Below are positions 1 to 11,500 of a stretch of DNA of 64,000 nucleotides, piece by piece; the first letter of the stretch is position 1; every line of letters starts with the position of its first letter. This DNA is from Mayamaea pseudoterrestris. Taxonomy: Eukaryota. Under the pieces are notes generated by a model that saw nothing but the letters and a program-made list of their open reading frames with translations, was not told where the DNA came from and searched no databases. Position numbers and translations under genes: made by a program. The stretch covers positions 248,001-312,000 of the forward strand of contig BROI01000026.1 of assembly GCA_027923505.1 (NCBI GenBank). The letters are read 5' to 3'.

Positions 1-1
1 T

Positions 2-853
2 TACTTTGGCATCCTTGCAGAACCGAAAGAGTTCCATTGCCTCCATCATGTATTCCTTGGCACGTGACCGCTTGCTTTCGTCAAAGTATGCCACGAGGCT
101 CCAAAGGTCGCTCATGTAAAAGTACAGGTGCGCCAAAAGGTTCGAGTGTAAAAGTTCAGACTGCACTTGCTGCACAGACTTTTCGTTGCGAGGAATGCTG
201 GCGAGTTGCTTGCGGTGCACTTGGACGGCCTGCTCCAAGGCATTCATTGATTGATCCGTTAGCAAGTTCACTCGTTTCATGTCAAAAGTTGCAGATTGGC
301 CACTCGTTTGTCGATACTCGTCACACTCTTCCATGTACTCCTGCAGTAGCGCCTGATGCGCAAGGCCAATGGTGATCAAGACTTGTGCATGATCCGTTGG
401 GGTCACAGTTTGACGCACTTGCTTAGCGTTGAACTCGAGTCGAATGAGACTGGAAGAAATGTCGTAAGGATATTGTGCATATGGCTTGTTGTATCGAACG
501 CGACCAATCGTAATGCCATTGACGTCGTGAGTGAAGGTGGATGAAGGTGGTGTCGCTGTCTGTTGTTCTTCGTGCCTCTTGTCGTTCCATCGAACATTTT
601 CTGTCAGGAATACTTCTGCCTTCACGCATACAGACTCATCATTCACTGTCAGACAATCTTCTAGCTTTAGTTTCTTGTTGTGTTTGCTATTCATTTGCTC
701 CGAATTGAGAGTGAAGCTGCAAGTGATGGATCCGTCCTCGGCGGATCGACAGTCGAATGACTCAATTCGTGTCATCTCGGATGCAGTGACACAAATTCGA
801 GCCAGAGCAAGGAATAGACCTATTGAACCTCTTTTTATTTTCGTCGGCATCAT
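2..853 (-). CDS. Partial hypothetical protein (runs off window start); signal-peptide-like N-terminus, alpha-helical/TPR-like C-terminal part
   Basis: Manually translated; absent from the ORF track because there is no stop inside the window. ATG at 853 (MMPTKIKRGSIGLFLALARICVTASEM...) is open to position 2 (...HAQVLITIGLAHQALL...LLAHLYFYMSDLWSLV...RAKEYMMEAMELF). In-frame TAG upstream at 893-895. Confidence 0.65.
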   Translation of the reverse strand, partial: MMPTKIKRGSIGLFLALARICVTASEMTRIESFDCRSAEDGSITCSFTLNSEQMNSKHNKKLKLEDCLTVNDESVCVKAEVFLTENVRWNDKRHEEQQTATPPSSTFTHDVNGITIGRVRYNKPYAQYPYDISSSLIRLEFNAKQVRQTVTPTDHAQVLITIGLAHQALLQEYMEECDEYRQTSGQSATFDMKRVNLLTDQSMNALEQAVQVHRKQLASIPRNEKSVQQVQSELLHSNLLAHLYFYMSDLWSLVAYFDESKRSRAKEYMMEAMELFRFCKDAKV

Positions 854-1097
854 CTTGTGTCGTGTAGAACAAACAGAGCGCCAATCAAGAGTCTATATCG
901 TTCATCTTTCGTGATAATTTGACGAGAGCAAACGCGATGAGCCACTTTGAGTACCGGTACATCCTCGCACCGGTATTCGTTGGATACTGCTTCGCGCTTC
1001 GCAGATTTCGACCATGGCAGAACCGCAGAGATTTGGGGCAGCGGAGCAACTCATGTCATGGATTGCTTTTGCAGTTTGTGATTGAGACACTCGAAAA

Positions 1098-3619
1098 ATG
1101 GATGATGATGACATTGCCGAGCTTTGGGGAGAGGAGGTGAGAAGATTGGCTTGCTAGCAACACTTGAACCTTTAGTGGAAGAGAGTCATGCGCCGAAATG
1201 CATGTTCAATCCTTCTCATCTTGAGGCAATTTGTTTCATATCGTATCATCTTCCTCACGCTTTTAAACTTGTTCAGCCCGACTGGGTTCGCGAATTTAAA
1301 GCGACTTCCGAGGATGACGATGAAGCAACCGGAGAGGATGAGGATGCGGACGAATTAGCTCCGGCCCAGCACGTCATGGTGCTCATTGACTGCGCTCCAT
1401 CCATGTTTCAAGACTTGAATGCAACGAATGATGCCGACAATGCTCAAACTGATTTTGACTCCACAAGGACTAGTATGACTGCCATGGACTGGAGCCTCCA
1501 GGCGTTCAAGCAACTTTATCGCGACGCCATGAAGTCGGCAGTCATTCACAAAGCCGGCAAGCGGAATGGAATTGGCGCTCTTTTGTACAATACTCGCGCC
1601 AGAGAGCCTCTCGTCATGGATCAAGTCAAAAAGAAGCTACTTGTAAAGGAAGAAAAGGCAGAGCATGATGAAAGTGACGACACGGACGACGATGACTATG
1701 ACAGCTCCATTTCAAGGATTGATACAGTGCATGAACTCGTACCACTAGACATTCCAAACACGCCCATGCTCCAGCGAGTCTTGGCTACATTGCCGGATCA
1801 AATCACCCATGAACGTCGAATCGATATAGCGGCAGAATTTGGACATGTCACGAGCGACCATGTCGATGATGACGATGACTGCAAGTATGACTCTCATGTG
1901 CAGCTGCCCATTTATCGAGGCCTCGAACAAGCCAAAAAAATTCTTGATGCGGCCAAATGCGTTCGACACAAGCCGAACAAGGTCAAGGGCAAAATGACTA
2001 TGCCACCCGACTCGATGCAGATTTGGATACTTACGAATCAAGACAAGAACCCTTGCCATGGTGATGCGGAAATGTTGGCCAAAATCAAGGAGCGCATTGA
2101 AGAGTTGGATCCGATCAAGGTCTACATTTGGCAGCTACCGACGATCGAAATGATGGTGCCGGATATTGCAGAAGATATGGAGGACGCGACTGAGCACGAG
2201 TGCGCTGATCTTGTCTGCAAGCTGATTCCTAATCCATTCTTTACAAACGTTGGAATGGTTCGACCGAGGCAGTCTGAGGAGACGCCCCTGGATCAGGACA
2301 ATTTCACTCGCGTCACTTTTCGTCTCAACTTGAACCTCCGACCCTCGTTCAGTGTCCCGTTGCTTCTGCCGAATTGGAAAAGTAACCCAGATTACCCTGG
2401 AATCCAGCTTGACTTGTACAAAATTGTCAAAAAGGCATCCAAGCCGACTGCGTTGCGCTTCCATAACGAGACTGGACAATTGATGGCGCGCACCACCAAG
2501 ATTACGACGGAGAATGAGCTCATTGAGGTTGGCGAGTCGATTACTGGACACGGCTATCGTCAAATTCTGCCGGAGGATCGGATTAAGCTGTTTGCACCAT
2601 TGCGCGGCGGCAAGGACAATCCACTTTACGTGGAGATGCGTCCGAACGACCTTGTTGTTATGAAACGAGCATGCAATGGCAATCCTGACTTTGCTAGTCT
2701 TGTTCTCAGTGGATTCAAGCCGCGTGATCGGGTTCGGTTCTTTGATTCCATTGGCGAATGCTACTTTATGTACCCGCAAGAGTCCAAAGTCGCTGGCAGC
2801 AGCAAAGCCTTTGCGCAACTTTTTTACGCAATGCAGCGAAAGAATGTTTTGGCTGTTGGCGAAATGTTGACACGCGTGTCAGCCACGTCTCGTTGCGTCG
2901 CCTTTTGGCCCGTCACTAATGACGGAACTTCGAACCTGCCGCCTCAAGAAGGAATGGTTATGGTGTATCTGCCGTTTCAAGATGAGTGTCGCACCTTGCC
3001 CCCGGATAAAGATTACGCGGCTCGTATGAGCAGCGGCCGCCAGTTGGATGCGATGGATGTCGATGGACCTGATCCAGTGGTTAGCCATGACGTGGCTTTG
3101 TCGTCATCATCCGCTCCTGCCTTCGTATCAAGTGCACTAGTGGATGCGACGGTTGAATTAATCAAGAAGCAGTCTTTGAATGACCGTGTCTTGGGCGTGG
3201 ACTTTGAGAATGCTTACATTACCGAATTTTACAACTACTTGGAGAGCCAATCTCTTGGCACCCATTGGGAGCCGACCAACGATTACGATACGATTATGAC
3301 GGAGGAGCACGAACGAGCTATTCTGGATGCAGTTGGCGAACAAATCGAGGCTATCAAGAATCTTTTACCCGACGACGAAAAGGCGACTGGCAAGCGGAAG
3401 TCTGTGGTGTCGGCCGATCCCGACGCGGGTGATACTGGCATTGACTGGGAGCAGGAGTTTGATGACGGGCGAATCGGCAAGGTCACTGTCCCCAATTTGA
3501 AAAAGTACTGCCAAGCGCATGGCTTGACTCGAACGGGCAACAAAGGTGATCTTGTCCAACGTGTGTGCGACCATATTGCTGAGCGTCGAGCGGCGTACAA
3601 GGCAGTCAAGCAAGAATGA
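1098..3619 (+). CDS. KU70: Ku70 (NHEJ DNA end-binding subunit): vWA, beta-barrel and C-terminal SAP domain; 2 exons (1098-1136, 1277-3619)
   Basis: Motifs VMVLIDCAPSM (vWA), LSGFKP, FMYPQESKVAGSSKAF, VYLPFQDECR, FEN, and SAP-like KVTVPNLKKYCQAHGLTRTGNKGDLVQRV. Phase-0 intron GTGAGA...TTCAG (1137-1276) joins MDDDDIAELWGEE to PDWVREF. Confidence 0.92.
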
Positions 3620-3768
3620 GGGACTTCTAGACGGTTCCATGCTTTGCAAGTAAAATTGAAGGTGGATGTTGCCGGCTGTTGGGACAAGACCAATTTGGTC
3701 GAGTAGTTTGCAACGACAGAGAGTTGGCGTAATATACAAAGGTTCATTTCATTATATACAAGTAATTT

Positions 3769-4959
3769 CTACCTTTTGCGCATGACCGCAAGATAGCCCT
3801 CATCGTTGTCTTTGATGGAACCATCGACAGCCGGTGCCACAACTAGTTCAAGCCCAACGCTCTCGCCATAGTTGGCAAGCTCATGCTCATCTGGAAGCTT
3901 CCTCTTAACAAGAACAGGATTTGCTTCAGCCTGCTTGGCGACATGGATGCCACCCTGCGGGTGGACAACTACCAACGTTCCGTTTGTTCGCAGCAGACTT
4001 GCAGCTTTGCCGAGTGCGGCTAGTGGATCAGGAAAGTCATGGAGCGCTGCGCAAAAGATAATGCCATCATATTTTGCACTGCTTGCATATTCATGGACAA
4101 AGTCTGCGGCGTGAAACTCAACGTTTGGATAGAGCTCTTGCGCATTGCGAATCATTTCTTCACTCAAATCGACGCCGCATATTTGCGCTGGCTTCATATT
4201 CGCCTTCGTTAGATGCGGAACAAGAGCACCATATCCGCAACCAACGTCGAGACATTTCGCATTGTCGCTTCCGACGATTGATTCGGCCAAGACAGCGCAG
4301 GCCCGATCAACTCGTTGCGCAATGTCACTCGGCATGCTTCCAATGATACTCCGGGCAGCCTTTGCATCGGCGGATGCGTCCCACGTAGCTCTTTGTAACG
4401 CATTGTGAATATCGTCTTCGGTGATGGAATGCTCCGCTAAAAGCTCGGCCAGCATTGCTTTGGCCCGATGCGAGACTTGTAATTCCTGCTCGTTCATGCT
4501 CGCTTGTTGAAGGAGCGAGAGTCTCGCCATTTGTGCATCCCATTGCTTGATTTGCTTATATAATTGCACTGCCATGTTCATGTGAGGTGGCAGACTTTGA
4601 ATAGTATGTTCGATGCGTCTTTGGGTCGATTGAGCAATTTCCTGTGACGACGTTCCACCGTATGTTTTCTGAAGCTTCTTCAAGATGGCTTGTTTCGATG
4701 GTGGCTTGGATTTTTGAGAATCTCTTGACCCAAAACCACTAGGTTTCGCTCCAGCAAAGCCTTTGGCATTTAATCTTGTCGACAAATCATTAGTTGGTTG
4801 TCGTAAGGGATGGTAAGGGGTATAAAGTTGGTTGGCAAAGGCCGCAAAATTCGTCGTTTGTGTTCGTCCTTGACAATAAAATGCACTAGCAGCTGAAACG
4901 ACTGCATAGAACCAAACAGTAAACCATAATGTTACTCTTTCAACTTGACAAGCTTGCAT
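3769..4959 (-). CDS. Class I SAM-dependent methyltransferase, probably plastid-targeted
   Basis: 396-aa ORF with LDVGCGYG motif I, GVDLSEEMI and YDGIIF. Hydrophobic N-terminus followed by ASAF (diatom-type bipartite presequence). Confidence 0.8.
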   Translation of the reverse strand: MQACQVERVTLWFTVWFYAVVSAASAFYCQGRTQTTNFAAFANQLYTPYHPLRQPTNDLSTRLNAKGFAGAKPSGFGSRDSQKSKPPSKQAILKKLQKTYGGTSSQEIAQSTQRRIEHTIQSLPPHMNMAVQLYKQIKQWDAQMARLSLLQQASMNEQELQVSHRAKAMLAELLAEHSITEDDIHNALQRATWDASADAKAARSIIGSMPSDIAQRVDRACAVLAESIVGSDNAKCLDVGCGYGALVPHLTKANMKPAQICGVDLSEEMIRNAQELYPNVEFHAADFVHEYASSAKYDGIIFCAALHDFPDPLAALGKAASLLRTNGTLVVVHPQGGIHVAKQAEANPVLVKRKLPDEHELANYGESVGLELVVAPAVDGSIKDNDEGYLAVMRKR

Positions 4960-5103
4960 AGTATACGTGCTTGATTGACATTTAGAATCGCTTTTCTTTT
5001 TTTTTTATGTTTGGCGTCGCTACCCGAGAGTGTGGAAATGCCTCGGATGTCGTCATGAGTATCCGGCTTAGAGCGGATGCATTGAGGAGCCCGCCCTAGG
5101 GAC

Positions 5104-5501
5104 ACCTGTAGATTCCTACAGGTACACAGAGAGCCACAGTCACATCATGGATGACGCAGGCAATAGCCGCTGCGACAGTAGTTGGAGGCGTCTCCACCGA
5201 CTTGCACCGCAGCAGCCATTCCCTTCGGATCAGCTCTTGTAACCAATAGCTTCTCCGTTTTGCTCCCGCCCACCCACCCGGGTTGTGGATAATCCTGCGC
5301 AGCAGGATTCTCCTCAGGCGTCATCCATGACGTGTCTTTGGCTTTGGGAACCCGGAGCTACGCTCCGCGCTCCCTGAGACCATGCGACCTGACATCTCGA
5401 CCCCTGATCGCAAGCAAGTCTGACTGCGCCATACCGCGCCCATTCGGGAAACACACAAGCAGCTGAACGACGGAGGGCAATCTGCACTCGTGCAGATTGC
5501 C
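5104..5501 (-). other. Hairpin-rich non-coding element, candidate structured RNA or element terminus
   Basis: Perfect hairpins at 5104-5123, 5291-5309, 5353-5367 and 5476-5501. Long imperfect inverted repeat 5132-5157/5318-5343; inner stem 5162-5174/5208-5220. Several plus-strand A-C mismatches become G-U pairs on the minus strand. Confidence 0.5.
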
Positions 5502-5541
5502 GGCTGGAGTCTTTTAAGAACCGGTTTGAATTATTGCGGTA

Positions 5542-8500
5542 GCTAGTGATGAATGCATTGCAATTTTGACATGACATCATGAAACAATGCCTGTTAACTG
5601 CCAGCTATAAATATACACCCCTCTGGCTGCTGGAGTGGGTTATGGCAGCCAGATACTGTGGACAAGCCTGGGGACACGAAATTCTGGCAGTCCTTGTTGA
5701 AGAACTTGGAGACTACACGGACTAGTGATGAATGCATTGCACCTTTGACATCATGACACAATGCCTGTCAACTGCCAGCTATCAATTTACACCTTACTGG
5801 CAGTTCGAGTGGGTTATGGCAGCCAGCTACTGTGGACAAGCCTGGGGACATGAAATTCTGGTAGTTCCTGTCACAGAACTTGGAGACTTCATGGGCTAGT
5901 GATGAATGCATTGCACCTTTGACATTATAACACAATGCCTGTCAACTGCCAGCTATCAATTTACCCCTCTCTGGTGGTTCGAGTGGGATATGGCCGCCAG
6001 CTACTGTGGACAAGCCTTGGGTTAAAAAATTCTGGCAGTCCCTGTTGCAGAACTTGTAGACTACATGGGCTAGTGATGAATGCATTGCATTTTTGACATC
6101 ATGAAACAATGCCTGTCAACTGCCAGCTATCAATTTATACCTCTCTGGCTGCTGGAGTGGGTTACGCCAGCCAGCTACTGTGGACAAGCCTGGGGACACA
6201 AAATTCTGGTAGTCCCTGTGGCAGAACTTGTAGACTACATGGGCTAGTGATGAATGCATTGCACTTTTGACATCATGACACAATGCCTGTCAACTGCCAG
6301 CTATCAATTGATACCTCTCTGGCTGCTGGAACGGGTTATGGCAGCCAGCTACTGTGGACAAGCCTGGGGACACGAAATTCTGGTAGTCCCTGTCGCAGAA
6401 CTTGGAGACTACATGGGCTAGTGATGAATGCATTGCACTTTTGACATCATGAAACAATGCCTATCAACTGCCAGCTATCAATTTATACCTCTCTGGCTGC
6501 TGGAGTGGGTTACGGCAGCCAGCTACTGTGGACAAGCCTGGGGACATGAAATTCTGGCAGTCCCTGTCGCAGAACTTGGAGACTACATGGGCTAGTGATG
6601 AATGCATTTCAATTTTGACATCATGAAACGATGCCTGTCAACTGCCAGCTATCAATTGATGCCTCTCTGGCTGCTGGAGTGGGTTACGGCAGCCAGCTAC
6701 TGTGGACAAGCCTGGGGACACGAAATTTTTATAGTCCCTGTCGAAGAACTTGGAGGCTACATGGGCTAGTGATGAATGCATTGCACTTTTGACATCATGA
6801 AACAATGCCTGTCAACTGCCAGCTATCAATTGATACCTCTCTGGCTGTTGGAGTGGGTTATGGGAGCCAGTTACTGTGGACAAGCCTGGGGACACAAAAT
6901 TCTGGCAGTCCCTGTCGCAGAACTTGGAGACTACATGGGCTAGTGATGAATGCATTGCACTTTTGACATCATGAAACAATGCCTGTCAACTGCCAGCTAT
7001 TTATTTATACCTCTCTGGCTGCTGGAGTGGGTTACGGCAGCCAGCTACTGTGGACAAGCCTGGGGACACAAAATTCTGGCAGTCCCTGTCGCAGAACTTG
7101 GAGACTACATGGGCTAGTGATGAATGCATTTTAATTTTGACATCATGAAACAATGCCTATCAACTGCCAGCTATCAATTGATACCTCTCTGGCTGCTGGA
7201 GTGGGTTATGGCAGCCAGCTACTGTGGACAAGCCTGGGGACACGAAATTCTGGTAGTCCCTGTCGCAGAACTTGGAGGCTACATGGGCTAGTGATGAATG
7301 CATTGCACTTTTGACATCATGACACAATGCCTGTTAACTGCCAGCTATCAATTGATACCTCTCTGGCTGCTGGAATGGGTTATGGCAGCCAGCTACTGTG
7401 GACAAGCCTGAGGACACGAAATTCTGGTAGTCCCTGTCGCAGAACTTGGAGACTACATGGGCTAGTGATGAATGCATTGCACTTTTGACATCATGAAACA
7501 ATGCCTATCAACTGCCAGCTATCATTTGATACCTCTCTGGCTGCTGGAGTGGGTTACGGCAGCCAGCTACTGTGGACAAGCCTGGGGACACAAAATTCTG
7601 GCAGTCCCTGTCGCAGAACTTGGAGACTACATGGGCTAGTGATGAATGCATTTCATGAATGAAATGCCATTGCCAGCTATCAATTGATGCCTCTCAGACA
7701 ATGCCTGTCGCAGAACTTGGAGACTACATGGGCTAGTGATGAATGCATTGCACTTTTGACATCATGATACAATGCCTGTCAACTGCCAGCTATCAATTTA
7801 TACCTCTCTGGCTGCTGGAGTGGGTTACGGCAGCCAGCTACTGTGGACAAGCCTGGGGACACGAAATTCTGGTAGTCCCTGTCACAGAACTTGGAGACTA
7901 CAACATGGGCTAGTGATGAATGCATTGCACTTTTGACATCATGAAACAATGCCTGTCAACTGCCAGCTATCAATTGATACCTCTCTGGCTGCTGGAACGG
8001 GTTATGGCAGCCAGCTACTGTGGACAAGCCTGGGGACACGAAATTCTGGCAGTCCCTGTCGCAGAACTTGGAGACTACATGGGCTAGTGATGAATGCATT
8101 GCACTTTTGACATCATGAAACAATGCCTATCAACTGCCAGCTATCATTTTTACCTCTCTGGCTGCTGGGGTGGGTTATGGCAGCCAGCTACTGTGGACAA
8201 GCCTGGGGACACGAAATTCTGGCAGTCCTTGTCGCAGTACTTGGAGACTACATGGACTAGTGATGAATGCATTGCACTTTTGGCATCATGAAACGATGCC
8301 TGTCAATTGCCAGCTATCAATTGATGCCTCTCTGGCTGCTGGAGTGGGTTACGGCAGCCAGCTACTGTGGACAAGCCTGGGGACACGAAATTTTTATAGT
8401 CCCTGTCGAAGAACTTGGAGGCTACATGGGCTAGTGATGAATGCATTGCACTTTTGACATCATGAAACAATGCCTGTCAACTGCCAGCTATCAATTGATA

Positions 8501-11500
8501 CCTCTCTGGCTGCTGGAGTGGGTTATGGCAGCCAGCTACTGTGGACAAGCCTGGGGACACAAAATTCTGGCAGTCCCTGTCGCAGAACTTGGAGACTACA
8601 TGGGCTAGTGATGAATGCATTGCACTTTTGACATCATGAAACAATGCCTGTCAACTGCCAGCTAACAATTTGTACCTCTCTGGCTGCTGGAGTGGGTTAT
8701 GGCAGCCAGCTACTGTGGACAAGCCTAGAGACACAAAATTCTGGCAGTCCCTGTCGCAGAACTTGGAGGCTACATGGGCTAGTGATGAATGCATTGCACC
8801 TTTGACATCATGAAACAATGCCTGTCAACTGCCAGCTATCAATTTATACCTCTCTGGCTGTTGGAGTGGGTTATGGCAGCCAGCTACTGTGGACAAGCTT
8901 GGGGACATGAAACTCTGGCAGTCCCTGTCCCAGAACTTGTAGACTACATGGGCTAGTGATGAATGCATTGCATTTTTGACATCATGAAACAATGCCTGTC
9001 AACTGCCAGCTATCAATTGATACCTCTCTGGCTGCTGGAGTGGGTTACGGCAGCCAGCTACTGTGGACAAGCCTGGGGACACGAAATTCTGGTAGTCCCT
9101 GTCACAGAACTTGGAGACTACAACATGGGCTAGTGATGAATGCATTGCACTTTTGACATCATGACACAATGCCTGTCAACTGCCAGCTATCAATTGATAC
9201 CTCTCTGGCTGCTGGAACGGGTTATGGCAGCCAGCTACTGTGGACAAGCCTGGGGACACGAAATTCTGGCAGTCCCTGTCGCAGAACTTGGAGACTACAT
9301 GGGCTAGTGATGAATGCATTGCACTTTTGACATCATGAAACAATGCCTGTCAACTGCCAGCTATCAATTTATACCTCTCTGGCTGCTGGAGTGGGTTATG
9401 GCAGCCAGCTACTGTGGACAAGCCTGGGGACACGAAATTCTGGCAGTCCCTGTCGCAGAACTTGTAGACTACATGGGCTAGTGATGAATGCATTTCAATT
9501 TTGACATCATGAAACGATGCCTGTCAACTGCCAGCTATCAATTGATGCCTCTCTGGCTGCTGGAGTGGGTTACGGCAGCCAGCTACTGTGGACAAGCCCG
9601 GGGACAGTAAATTTTTATAGTCCCTGTCACAGAACTTGGAGGCTACATGGGCTAGTGATGAATGCATTGCACTTTTGACATCATGAAACAATGCCTGTCA
9701 ACTGCCAGCTATCAATTGATACCTCTCTGGCTGTTGGAGTGGGTTATGGGAGCCAGTTACTGTGGACAAGCCTGGGGACACGAAATTCTGGCAGTCCTTG
9801 TCGCAGAACTTGGAGACTACATGGGCTAGTGATGAATGCATTGCACTTTTGACATCATGAAACAATGCCTGTCAACTGCCAGCTATTTATTTATACCTCT
9901 CTGGCTGCTGGAGTGGGTTACGGCAGCCAGCTACTGTGGACAAGCCTGGGGACACAAAATTCTGGCAGTCCCTGTCGCAGAACTTGGAGGCTACATGGGC
10001 TAGTGATGAATGCATTGCACTTTTGACATCATGAAACAATGCCTGTCAACTGCCAGCTATTTATTTATACCTCTCTGGCTGTTGGAGTGGGTTATGGCAG
10101 CCAGCTACTGTGGACAAGCCTGGGGACATGAAATTCTGGCAGTCCCTGTCACAGAACTTGTAGACTACATGGGCTAGTGATAAATGCATTGCATTTTTGA
10201 CATCATGAAACAATGCCTGTCAACTGCCAGCTATCAATTGATACCTATCTGGCTGCTGGAGTGGGTTATGGCAGCCAGCTACTGTGGACAAGCCTGGGGA
10301 CACGAAATTCTGGTAGTCCCTGTCGCAGAACTTGGAGGCTACATGAGCTAGTGATGAATGCATTGCACTTTTGACATCATGAAACAATGCCTGTCAACTG
10401 CCAGCTATTTATTTATACCTCTCTGGCTGCTGGAGTGGGTTATGGCAGCCAGATACTGTGGACAAGCATGGGGACACAAAATTTTGGCAGTCCCTGTTGC
10501 AGAACTTGGAGACTACATGGGCTAGTGATGAATGCATTTCAATTTTGACATCATGAAACAATGCCTGTCAACTGCCAGCTATCAATTGATACCTCTCTGG
10601 CTGTTAGAGTGGGTTATGGGAGCCAGTTACTGTGGACAATCCTGGGGACAAGCATGGGGACACAAAATTCTGGGAGTCCCTGTCACAGAACTTGGAGACT
10701 ACATGGGCTAGTGATGAATGCATTGCACCTTTGACATCATGAAACAATGCAAGTTAACTGCCAGCTATCAATTGATACCTCTCTGGCTGCTGGAGTGGGT
10801 TACGGCAGCCAGCTACTGTGGACAAGCTTGGGGACATGAAATTCTGGCAGTCCCTGTTACAGAACTTGAAGACTACATGGGCTGGTGATGAATGCATTGC
10901 ATTTTTGACATCATGAAACAATGCCTGTCAACTGCCAGCTATCAATTGATACCTCTCTGGCTGCTGGAGTGGGTTATCGCAGCCAGCTACTGTGGACAAG
11001 CCTGGGGACACGAAATTGTGGCGGTCCTACAGGCAGAACTTGGAGACTAAATGGGCTAGTGATGTATGCATTGCACTTTTAATATCATGAAACAATGCCT
11101 GTCAACTGCCAGCTATCAATTTATACCTCTCTGGCCATTGGAACGGGTTATGGCAGCCAGCTTCTGTGGACAAGCCTGGGGACAGGAAATTCTGGGAGTC
11201 CCTGTCGCAGAACTTGAAGACTACATGGGCTGGTGATGAATGGATTGCACCTTTGACATCATGAAACAATGCATGGCAACTGCCAGCTATCAATTAATGC
11301 CTCTCTGGCTGTTGGAGTGGGTTATGGCAGCCAGCTACTGTGGACAAGCTTGGGGACATGAAATTCTGGCAGTCCCTGTCGCAGAACTTGTAGACTACAT
11401 GGGCTAGTGATGATTGCATTGCACTTTAACATCATGAATCAATGCCTGTCAATTGCCAGCTATCAATTGATACCTCTCTAGCTGCTGGAACGGGTTATGG

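Noticed and set aside
5405..5445. tRNA/7SL-like start on the minus strand (GGGCGCGGTATGGCGCAGTCAG, A-box-like)
   Set aside because: No convincing B-box, cloverleaf or SRP helix-8 motif follows.
6243..6290. GTGATGA...GAAA in each monomer as a hammerhead core or C/D snoRNA box C
   Set aside because: The core is GTGATGA, not CTGATGA. GAAA is often mutated to GACA, and the consensus has no CTGA box D.
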